Source: Azolla caroliniana | Taxonomy: Eukaryota > Plantae > Polypodiophyta | NCBI GenBank assembly: GCA_043228905.1 | Contig: JBHGNT010000016.1 | Coordinates: 17,670,001 to 17,734,000 of the forward strand | DNA: 64,000 nucleotides | Direction of reading: 5' to 3' | Shown: positions 53,118 to 64,000 of the stretch, piece by piece | Layout: every line of letters starts with the position of its first letter | Position numbering within the stretch: the stretch's first letter is position 1 | Notes under the pieces: model-generated | Told to the model about the DNA's origin: nothing | The model's input: only the letters and a program-made list of their open reading frames with translations | Database searches by the model: none | Position numbers and translations under genes: made by a program

Positions 53118-54854
53118 AAGCACGACAATTATTACATATTTCGCCTAATTATGGGTTTATTTGGCAACAACTACAAAATATTCCATTGATGCAAGGTCCC
53201 TTACCTCTACAAACAGGAGAACAACCGTGGATTGATTAGTGTTTAAAGGGTCAAACATCATTGTTACAAGTGACTACTAATCTTTTGTATCATTACTCTG
53301 ATGACTCTCTTGGATGGTTATCATCTAAGGCTGAAGAAGAATGGAGAATACACAAATTTGATAATGGGTGGTGGCAGATCTTACAACGTAGTTGGCATTC
53401 TAAATTGCCACGTGTAGCAAAGGTCTTCATTTGGAAAGTTTTGATTGGAGGATTGCCTTTGGGATTAGCTCTAAAGTGTCGTGGACTAGCAATGGGTAGT
53501 TGTTTTTTTGCACTGTTCAAATGGAAGATAGTACTCATCGATTTATACAATGTTCGATTGCTTGTCGGATTAGGAGATACATTTCTCAAATTTGGCAAGT
53601 CTTATCATGGTATTATTTGACACCTAGACAATGGGGTTGACCCAAAATCAAAGATGGATTTCAAAGATCATTTTTCTATTTCTGAGATATTGGGGATTGC
53701 ATCATAATTGGAATATGCGCAACGCTTTTGTATTCGATGGTAGACATGGAGTGAAAGCATATCTACGAAAGTTGAAGAGAGTACTAATGTGGCAATTTTC
53801 TTTATTGGAGCAAGTGGAAATTCTTTCCTCAGTGGAGTGTTCGTCTTGCATATTGGCAATTCAACATGTTCCACTACCCATGTAGTGTAGTTAGTGGGTG
53901 ACCATACTTCATTGTCGCACCCATTGTAAGTAGTGTTTTTTACACACATTTATTAATATAATTGTTTGTTTTCACAAAAGAGAGAGAGAGAGAGAGAGAG
54001 AAGCACGACAATTATTACATATTTCGCCTAATTATGGGTTTATTTGGCAACAACTACAAAATATTCCATTGATGCAAGGTCCCTTACCTCTACAAACAGG
54101 AGAACAACCGTGGATTGATTAGTGTTTAAAGGGTCAAACATCATTGTTACAAGTGACTACTAATCTTTTGTATCATTACTCTGATGACTCTCTTGGATGG
54201 TTATCATCTAAGGCTGAAGAAGAATAGAGAATACACAAATTTGATAATGGGTGGTGGCAGATCTCACAACGTAGTTGGCATTCTAAATTGCCACGTGTAG
54301 CAAAGGTCTTCATTTGGAAAGTTTTGATTGGAGGATTGCCTTTGGGATTAGCTCTAAAGTGTCGTGGACTAGCAATGGGTAGTTGTTTTTTTGCACTGTT
54401 CAAATGGAAGATAGTACTCATCGATTTATACAATGTTCGATTGCTTGTCGGATTAGGAGATACATTTCTCAAATTTGGCAAGTCTTATCATGGTATTATT
54501 TGACACCTAGACAATGGGGTTGACCCAAAATCAAAGATGGATTTCAAAGATCGTTTTTCTATTTCTGAGATATTGGGGATTGCATCATAATTGGAATATG
54601 TGCAACGCTTTTGTATTCGATGGTAGACATGGAGTGAAAGCATATCTACGAAAGTTGAAGAGAGTACTAATGTGGCAATTTTCTTTATTGGAGCAAGTGG
54701 AAATTCTTTCCTCGGTGGAGTGTTCGTCTTGCATATTGGCAATTCAACATGTTCCACTACCCATGTAGTGTAGTTAGTGGGTGACCATACTTCATTGTCG
54801 CACCCATTGTAAGTAGTGTTTTTTACACACATTTATTAATATAATTGTTTGTTT

Positions 54855-54900
<46 letters not shown>
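53118..54900 (+). mobile_element. Two near-identical 883-bp 5'-truncated LINE-A-family 3' ends in tandem, each ending in (GA)n
   Basis: Units start AAGCACGACAATTATTAC at 53118 and 54001; homologous to 44075-44490 plus 52634-53094, without the LTR insertion. Confidence 0.9.
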
Positions 54901-54904
<4 letters not shown>

Positions 54905-55041
54905 ATTATCGTCTTCGGAGGTCAAATATTACCTATGAGACCAAAAATATTACATTTCACGTGATACGTGTGAAAGTGAATAGTGACTCTTGACGTTCAA
55001 GAACTTTACCAATGAATGTTGCAATCGAGAGTGCACATTGT

Positions 55042-55043
<2 letters not shown>

Positions 55044-55134
<91 letters not shown>

Positions 55135-55151
55135 GTGTGTGTGCGTGTGTG

Positions 55152-55224
<73 letters not shown>

Positions 55225-55232
55225 GTGTGTGT
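55044..55232. repeat. (GT)n microsatellite, about 190 bp
   Basis: Direct reading. Confidence 0.95.
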
Positions 55233-55729
55233 AGCTAATGTGTAGGAAGTCTAATTTCTTTTAATAATAAATAAGTTTGTTTTCTAATATGTTGAAACCT
55301 TTAGTCTTCCTTTTGAACATATGGGCACAATTTTTTCAAGTAATTGTAGAAAGAAGATTGCATTCAAAATGTCTATTGATTGTATAGCACACTAATATTT
55401 GAATGTAAATTGCAAAGACATCATTACGCAACTAGTTATAGAGCCTAACAATTCAAGTATGTCACCTAGATTGCTAAAAGAAAATTTGATAGATTTTATT
55501 ACTTTACGCTTGACAAATAGAGACGAGGAGATTCATACACAATATATATTGATCTTATACAATGTGTTTGGTAGCATGGCCTAGAGTAATGAAATTTGGT
55601 AGCATGGCCTAGGGTAAGGAGTAAAGTTTGAAGAATGCAACATTGGTTAGGGATTTTTAAGGGACTTAGTTGAGAGGGTTAGCCATAACTGAAACATTGA
55701 ACTTAGGGGGATGATAAAACTAGTTTATT

Positions 55730-56236
55730 CTAGGGGATAGCACCATATATAAAGGGATTGAGCAAACCACTCACGGCATGTATAACAAAGAAATCATCAC
55801 GATAAACATCAGGCATTAGCACCTCCATTTCATCAAGAGCAAGCCTTTGTTGGTGATCAGTTTCTCCTCGTGCACTTGTGACAATGATATTTCTTCCTGG
55901 AAGAAGTGTAGGTAACTTGTAACCAACCGGCAAACATGTTAGGTTTTGATATGGCATACGTTGAGGCACAACATGGTATTGGATTAGCTCCCTTGTCGTA
56001 ATGAGTTTAGCAATGATGGAAGCATCCATGGGAACAAATAAGGTGAACTCAATGCCAATCTTTTCTGGAAACTTAAGTAGTTGTGTAATTAAATATGGTT
56101 CGACATTGTTGAATCCCGCATTATGGAGGGAAAGAATTATATTAGTGGTATTTGGATGATGTAAGTATCTTCCTTCAATGAGAGGAAATATGAGTAAAAC
56201 GACTATGATAAGTAAATTGGATTCCACCATTTCCAT
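55730..56236 (-). CDS. Secreted single-FAS1 (fasciclin) domain protein, intronless
   Basis: Signal-peptide-like N-terminus; H1 FTLFVPMD, YHVVPQR, LPTLLPG, H2 FVIHAVSGLL. Confidence 0.85.
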   Translation of the reverse strand: MEMVESNLLIIVVLLIFPLIEGRYLHHPNTTNIILSLHNAGFNNVEPYLITQLLKFPEKIGIEFTLFVPMDASIIAKLITTRELIQYHVVPQRMPYQNLTCLPVGYKLPTLLPGRNIIVTSARGETDHQQRLALDEMEVLMPDVYRDDFFVIHAVSGLLNPFIYGAIP

Positions 56237-59200
56237 TCAAATGTATAGTCTTTTGGGAAATATTGATTTTAGGAGCTCTAAAGACATACCAATGCATATA
56301 ACTTACAAAATTGTTATGCATGTCAGATGCCGTCTAAAATAAAAATGAGTCAGTCCCGCTTTTTAAAGGCTTACGCAAGAACATTACTAGCATTGTTTAT
56401 AGCCACCAATCTTTAGAAAGAAAGGTCGATGTGTCTTTGGCTGATAATTTCTAACAGGCATTGTGAAGATCATGTGGTCATTGAAATTGCCCGCAACCTT
56501 CTCTTTTTAACTTATTGTGAAGAAGATGTACATGAATCACACATGTAATCAACAACACTTGGGAAATAATGAGTTGAACAAGGTGGATAGTTACACCCAA
56601 GTCTCAACAATAACATTTAAATATGATCATGTCTAGAGATCTTTGTGTTTCCCATATCGTAGTTAGTTTTTCAAAGATATTTAACCTTGAGTCAAATCTT
56701 GTGCATAAAGTTACTTTCAAACGCAAAATGCATATTGTACCTAATACCTATGTGTATGTATGGATATGGTGCATGAAACACATATGTGCAACATCCGTTG
56801 AAATGTACTCTGATATAGCTAACTTCCATGTGACTATGGGCCAATCTGAGTTTTGTATATTTGCATTTACATTGCGAGGATATAATTTAGGTGTGTATTA
56901 TGAGTTAAAACCATTATACTTGTGGCCAATGAGCCGACATGCACAATTCATATGTTTGTTAGCATTACATTTTAAATTCTCTTGTGATGTGTATGTATGA
57001 TTCCAAATGACAACATGGGGATTTGAACCCCTTCCAAAAACAATTCGAGCATCTTAGAGGGGTTGGCTTTGTGAATTTGGGATTTGCTTTTTAATTCCAA
57101 CTCATAAGTTGGGAGTTCAACATCCAACATTGCAAAGAGAAATTGGCACCCCCCTCATTACCAATTTTATTGCTAGAGACTTGAGCCCACACCATAATGT
57201 TACAATCTCTATTATACCTCCAAACCAAATGAGCCTATAAAAGAGTTCCAATTGGAACATTTAAATCTTTCTTATAAGGTATGAAAGAAAATGATTTGAT
57301 GTTGCACTTTAGCATGTAATCTTTGGTTCATAATAAAACAATAATCAATCCAATTCTCTCGGTTTCTCCTATATATCTTCTATGTTTCACAATGGTGGTA
57401 GCATGTTCCGTCTTGAGTTGAGTCATTTTTTGGAGTGACTATTATCATCACCATCATCAAGCGAAACGGTTTTGTGTTGAATCCAACTTGAATACATATT
57501 CCCGTAGCTCATATATAGTTTAAATTGCATTTTAGAGTCAAAGAGTGAGTAGGAAGTGGCAAGTTGACTAGTTGGTATATATGTAAGCTAAGAACTAGTT
57601 TATGTGAAATTTGACAGAGATGTTACCAAAAACATATTTCACATGACTTGTGTTGGAATTTTAGTAAGAGTAGATGTTTCTCGAGAATGCTAGACTTTCA
57701 AACATGCATCAAGATTTCAAGTAGCTCTACAGATGACCTACCTTGAAAACGAGCAATCTCCAATTGTTCTTCCATTTTCATAGATTGAATGGGGATAGTG
57801 CATCTTGGTAAGACCTACATATGTTCAGAAATCTTCAACATGCTACATCCATGAAAGTCAAATGTATCTTTATTGTTCTTGAATTAAGTAGATGCAATTG
57901 ATTTATCACCCCAATGTGAACTAGTTGGAACCTTGCAATAAGACCTTGAAAGAACCTTTGTTTGGCCTTAAGCATAGTGATTACACCATGTATCCAAATG
58001 ACTTTACCATGGTATCTTTTAAGTTATTCATTCCCCCATCATGCACATTACCTCCTTAATCAAGTTGGAAATTCTAAGACATAAATAATATTAGAGCTTA
58101 TGTTCTACTTATCCTCAACTTTCTCATGGGAGTTGTGTAGCAATTATTTCTCTATAGATATCCTTAAGTTTTTGTCATCTGAAAATGAGGAGATAGACAT
58201 TCTTCCTTATTTAAAAGAGCATTTTTGGAAAACTCTTTTTTTCGAAAGACGTATATGGCTTTTCTCCACATATGTGCATGTGAAGGAGCATGGATGCATT
58301 CATCAAATTGAACTACTTAGCATGTCACAACATTAGAAACATGTCAATCTTGGACATAATAAAATTTTGTTAAAAAGGGGAATTAGGCCCATCTTGGTGA
58401 AGTTTTACCGAACCAAATGGAAAAAAGATGGTTTGAACCGAGAGATCGTTTATGGTTGTGATTTGTTACCTATATTTTTCAAATTTTACAATACTTTCTA
58501 GTTCATCTAATAATCGTATTTGTCCGCAATGTGGTAGGAACAATGTCCACACAAATCTTTACATACTTGGTTACCATCACTTTAACCACACAATGTACTA
58601 GGATCACACAAATTTCAAGCATATTTGTCTACAACATGTTTAGGTATAAGATTTTATTGTTATATAAAGCATCATAGAGCTAGAAAACTTTCTAACATTA
58701 TCCCATTATCTATTGTTTTATGTCCTAAGTCCCAAACCCCCTATTGAATTGTTTGCTTTCTTTCCTCCATTTTACGGAAAATAAAATTTCACTTTTTTGA
58801 AATGACACAAACTTTTCTTATCCTTGACATCATCACTATATTGTTCAATCTAAAACCTACCACTAGGATTGAAGTGGTTAAACTCAAACTTCAATTTATG
58901 TCGTGCTTTAGGTTTATGGGGAACTCAAAAGGATTTCCATGTTTTAGACTTTATTTTGGTTTTGGGTAGCTACATTGATCAGTTATCACTTATGTCTTCT
59001 CACGTTAATCTTTATTGATATATGGCAATGTGTCGAGAAGTGAAAATTTTAATGCATGAACTTTTGAACTTTCTAGCTTTGCAAACATCCATTAAGACAT
59101 GGGCATTCAACGTTTACCATAGTCATCGTAAATTGTCTACACATATACTCAAGCATTATCCATAGAGTTTGGAGATGTAGAGATTGTATTGCCATTCTCA

Positions 59201-59559
59201 TAATTGATGTTTTCAAATTATACATTTATGAATAGCATTGAAATATCCATATGTGAAACAATCTCAACATTCCATAAACGCTTAAGCACTCATGAAATAA
59301 AAACACTCTGCATAGACTCATCATTTTGATTTCTAACAATTACAACATTGCCAAACTTTACAATACACCAAATGCCAAAGAAAGAACATGTTTGCAATGA
59401 ACAAACCTGAATAAAGATCATGATTTGTAAACTCCTACACAATGTTTTGTGAAACAATCAATCACTCCGATATTTGATGTGAATAGGCAAGTATTAACAT
59501 GCTGGGTAGTTGGACTGCCTTATTCCTTGCATTATTCCTCGTTGAGTAATTGTATGTCC

Positions 59560-60010
59560 TTGAAAATGAATTCCATTGAACTTTATAAAATGCAATTTCA
59601 TCTACCCAAGTAGTTGTTGACTCATTGACATATTACCACTTCACAAAGAACTACTAGCAAACACTGTAACTTGTTCATTGCCCTAGTACATCTAGCATAT
59701 GTTCCTGTTCAAGCAATAAATTCTAATTCAAGAACATTATCCAGTGACTGGCAAATGGGGTTGGACTCAATACATTAACATGGAAGGACCAAACCCAGTA
59801 AAAACATGTTTTTCACTATTATACCCAATCCTAAGAGAGCAGGAATGCTGTAAATTTGTTTGGTATCAACATATGCACGATGCATATTTTCCAATATCTG
59901 ATTGACATGTCCAGTTTGCTCATCTGTTGCAAGATGATACAGCGTATATAGCCGGTCAGTTTTGATCATGATCTGATAAAATTGCTTATCTTAATAAAGT
60001 CTCTCCACTA
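59560..60010 (-). mobile_element. Old Ty3/gypsy integrase relic
   Basis: TLYHLATDEQTGHVNQILENMHRAYV resembles the integrase core [26 protein letters not shown]. Confidence 0.55.
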
Positions 60011-60498
60011 TTATACCCAATTAGAGCCCCGGCTTCTATTATTGTTAGCAGTCCAACAAGCAACTGCATTGATACAAAGTTAGCCATCTCGCAACACAAG
60101 AAAAACCCATGTGTCAATTGTGAACTCTTATGGACATCTCAGTTTACCGACCAAAATGTCAAAAGTAATTTGTTTATAGATGGGTAAAGAAAATTTTCTA
60201 GCCAACTCTTGAAGGTTACAATTTTCATCACAATTGGAAAATCAATCAAAGATTTAATCCAAAATAAACTTCTAACCGAGCTTGGAATAACTACAGTTTC
60301 ATTGATTAACTGAGTCCACCAATTTAACACAAGCTGCAAGGTTCAAGCTCCTCCGAAACTGATATCTCGAGCAACTCGTGGTAGAAAGCTCAGAACTGTA
60401 TAGACATCATCACTCCCTCCTTGATGAATGAATGGGACATAACTGACTTTTTTTCCAAAATATATATTAGATCATTTAACAAAATCATAGAATCTGAA

Positions 60499-60582
60499 CT
60501 ATGACTTGGGGATTGTTACATTCAATATTTTGATATCCTGGTATGGTTTATCATTTTTGTCAGTCTTTGCCGCTTCAATACC
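60499..60582 (-). CDS. CYP71: CYP71 (WD40-cyclophilin, PPWD1-like), terminal exon
   Basis: Acceptor TTTGCAG|; GIEAAKTDKNDKPYQDIKILNVTIPKS*. Confidence 0.88.
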   Translation of the reverse strand, partial: GIEAAKTDKNDKPYQDIKILNVTIPKS

Positions 60583-60783
60583 CTGCAAACATGGATTGCC
60601 CATGAAGTTACTAGCAATGACAAATTCTTCCACTATGTTTTCAAGAAATCTAGATAAAGCTCATGATCAATAAAGTTTGGAATTGCATCCAGTGAAAAGG
60701 GTGAATTAGTTTATGTTTAGAACAACAATCCAAGGAAAATTCTGCAAGTAGTTTATAACAATGATTGCTTGACTGATCGTTAC

Positions 60784-60937
60784 CTGCACCACATCCATGC
60801 CTTTCACCACACGCCCAAACACAGTGTGTTTGTTGTCGAGCCAGGGAGTGGCAACTGTGGTTATGAAGAACTGTGAACCATTTGTATTTGGACCCGCATT
60901 TGCCATTGAAAGTGTGAATGGACGATCGTGCCTTAAA
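60784..60937 (-). CDS. CYP71: CYP71, penultimate exon; no upstream exons found in the window
   Basis: [51 protein letters not shown] with AG/GT borders. Confidence 0.9.
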
Positions 60938-60999
60938 CTGTTCAAGAGATGAAGAACAACAAAAGTTAATTATTACACCCTTTGCCTCACAAAATAATG

Positions 61000-62800
61000 T
61001 ACAAGGTTTACCCTTTAAGTAGCAAGTCCAAAGTGTTTGACAAAATTAAAAATTCTCAGCATTGGTTGAAAATCAGATTGATAAGCCACTGAAGTGTCTT
61101 TTCTCTGATGATGATGGGGAATATGTATCCAAGGCCTTTCAGGTATTTTGTCACAGCAAAGGGATAAAGGGGGAGCTCACCACCCCTCATAATCCACCCC
61201 AAAATGTTGTTGCATATTGTAGGAATCAGAATATACAAGACAAGGTTCGTACTATGTTGTCTTATGCTGCATTTATCCCATGGTTTTTGGGCAGAGGCTG
61301 TTATGACACCTGTTAACTTGATTAATAGGTCACTATACAGGTCTTTGGGGCAAGGAAGCGTGGATGGGCAAGCCACGTTCAAATGCTCACTTGAAAGTAT
61401 TTGGCTACGAGGCTTTTGTGCACATTCGTAAAGATGCGCACAGCAAACTTGAGCCAAATGCATGTAAATATATTTTCCAAGGATATGGTGACAAGGGTGA
61501 AATGGGGTATAGATTGTTCTATCCCATGAAAGGAAAATAATATGCAGCAACGATTTTATCTTCCATGAAAATCACATGCATAAATAGCCTGTAAAGACTG
61601 AGGATGTAGGGTTAACTGAAGCAAAGTCTTCATGGTCGCTTTGATAGGAAGGATCTTGGTGATGCCAATCACATTCTTTGCATGCAAATACTCAGAAATT
61701 GGTCAAAAGGATTACCCTTTTTATCTGTTCTTCAAGGTTTTGCAGCACTTCAATATGGAGGGGGGTACAATTATGGTTACATTGCCTCCATATGTGAAAC
61801 TTGGTGCAGAAGACAACCCTACATCTAATGATGAAAAGGTTGAAATGGCCAAGACTCCATATACTTCAGCTGTTGGCAGTTTGATGTATGCTATAGTTGC
61901 TACATGTCTTCCCATTAGTTTTGCAGTGGGAGTGGTTAGCAGTTACATGGCAAACCCTGGAAAAAAACATTAGGAAGCAGTGAAAGGCATTATGAGATAC
62001 CTCAAAGGCAGAAAGGGTTTGTGCATTTGCTTTTGAAAGCAGAAGGCATCTGTCATAGGGTTTACGGATGCAGACTATGCGGATCATACGGACTGCAGAA
62101 ACTCCACTTTTGGCTGTGTTTACCTACACAAGAGTAGTAGTCTCTTGGATCTCCGGGCTACAGAAGTGCGTTGCATTGTCTACTACAGAGGCAGAGTATG
62201 TGGCTGCCACCGAGGCATGCAAAGAGGCTTTATGGATTTCACATCTGCTGGGAGGATCTTGTCATTACAGAGTTACCTGTTCTTCATTGTGACAGTCAGA
62301 GTGCTATCATGCTAGCATGGAATCCTGTCTTTCATGCACATACAGGTGAAGTATCACTTCATCAGAGATCCAATTGAAAGAAAGAGCATTGAGTTTGTCA
62401 AAGTCATGCAGATGATAATCCTGCAGATCTTGTCACAACTGGTTTTCCAGCAGAGTGGTTTTTCATTGCCAAAAAATGATGGAAGTTGAATAGATATATA
62501 TGTACTTCAGCTTTGTACATACTTATAATTAATTGATCCTTTCTCCTCTCAAGGCACATTGCCTTAAGGTGGGAGGTTGTTGGGATAAAGGGCATCGTTC
62601 CTTTTATTCGTGCACGGGTGTGAATACACCCTTACCACACTTAACTTTCATTTTATATATATATATAACCTAAAATGGAACAGAACCATATTGTTCCCTA
62701 AAAACAAAGCCCCCGTTTTCTTCTGCTGCTTCCTCTGATTGCGATTCCATCACTCCCTTCAGGGTTCATTTTGTATTTCCAGACCAATAATGAGTAAACC
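61000..62800 (+). mobile_element. Internally deleted Ty1/copia remnant (INT, RT end, RNase H, PPT, 3' LTR from 62578) in the CYP71 intron
   Basis: LFSDDDGEY, TTPHNPPQN, FWAEAV, PYTSAVGSLMYA, VALSTTEAEYVAA, CDSQSAI; PPT AAGGTGGGAGG then TGTTGGG; right end approximate. Confidence 0.85.
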
Positions 62801-63319
62801 TCCCTTCTGACATGGAAAAGCTACTATACACTACACCACTTGAGCGAGATTGTCAATAAAAATGCCATTTCCAGCCCAACGACAGTTCAGAACCAGTCAC
62901 CTCAGTTGGGTGAGACATGGCTCGCATATGAAGAAGTGAAAAGGAGGGAGTGTATAAATGATAGCTGACCACTAATGAAAGATGACCAGTAGACCAATGG
63001 CTGAGATTTTGGCTGATTGAAGCTAAATTTAGGACTCTGGTTGTAGAGCTGTGTCCGCCAGAAAGCCGAGATATCTACATCACTAGAAGGACAATAACCA
63101 ACTGAAACCTTCTTGAACATCACATTGGGATGAGAAGTTGACAGCAAAAAAATTGAGGGGATTTTTTTTACCGACTAACAAAGGTAAAGGTCTTTGCCAC
63201 ACCCAAGTCCTGGGACTTTGTCTCACTTAACCTCAAAGTTCCAATCTGATCATACACTGTTGTGAAGTATTTACTTCATGAATAGAAATTCTAATTAAAA
63301 GAACAAATGCTTGACTTGC

Positions 63320-64000
63320 TGTTGGGAATAAAGGGCCATCGTGCCTTTTATTAGCACAAGTGTGAACGCACTCGTAGCACACTTTTGAGTTGTATATACA
63401 TAATATCTAAAAACCAAAAAAGAGGTACACTCTTTTGTACCCAAGACAGCGTGCATCTCTCTCTCTCACTCAGACTCTCTCCCTCTCTGTTTTTGACCTA
63501 AACCCTAATCCTCGTGCTGCCTTGAAACTGGTATCAGAGCCAAGGTTTAGGGTTTTATGCAGAGAATAGATTAGGGTTTTCTACAGAGCAGAGATTAGGT
63601 TTTTCTACAGAGCAGAGATTAGGGTTTTCTGCAAACCAGAGATTAGGGTTTCTGCAGAGCAGGTCACGTTTTTCTGCAGTGCAGGTTTGGTCCTCCGTTT
63701 GGGCTAAAATCATGACTAGCAGCAGTGAAAGTAGCCACCTTATGCACATCAAGAAGCTTGAGGGTGCACATAACTTTGCGGTTTGGAAAAAGTAGTGCTA
63801 CAACATCCTGCTGCAAAAGAAGCATGCAAAGCATATAAAAGTCAAAGGGGTAAAGCCTATAGATATGGACGAAGATGATTGGCAAGAGTTGAATGAGCTT
63901 GCACGCTCGACTATTGAGTTGTCGATTTCTAATGCCTTGCTTTTTAATATCAAAGGTTTGGACTCCGCCTATTCTATATGGATTAGACTAGAGGAACTGT
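63320..64000 (+). mobile_element. 5' end of a second Ty1/copia element (short LTR ~63320-63526, tRNA-iMet PBS, gag start)
   Basis: TGTTGGGAATAAAGGGCCATCG is similar to the LTR at 62578; PBS TGGTATCAGAGC at 63529-63540; gag-like NFAVWK..WQELNELARSTIEL. Confidence 0.8.

Noticed and set aside
54990-55245. Poly-CV ORFs
   Set aside because: Translation of the (GT)n microsatellite.

Overview
Plant nuclear DNA, AT-rich and full of microsatellites; the gene and TE types suggest a seed-free plant such as a fern, but the taxon is not determined. Host genes: a 4-exon GT47 IRX7/FRA8-like glycosyltransferase (+), an ERD15/PAM2-type gene (-), an intronless FAS1-domain gene (-), the last two exons of CYP71 (-), and one intact tRNA-Ser(AGA) within a decayed tandem tRNA-Ser array. 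Most of the rest is nested TEs: two L1-type LINEs, an RTE-like LINE fragment, an apparently intact hAT element, a 7.5-kb TIR element carrying folylpolyglutamate synthase exons, a Ty3/gypsy element, solo LTRs, copia remnants and a mitochondrial rrn26 insertion. Main structural inferences, all made by eye: (1) a ~26-kb inversion (15885-41810), detectable because it splits a tRNA copy, a MITE and a LINE reading frame; (2) a gypsy element with matching TSDs but two non-homologous LTR bodies; (3) a hAT leader built from tandem 57-nt exon-like units, one of which may supply a start codon split by an intron; (4) a LINE family associated with (GA)n tracts.
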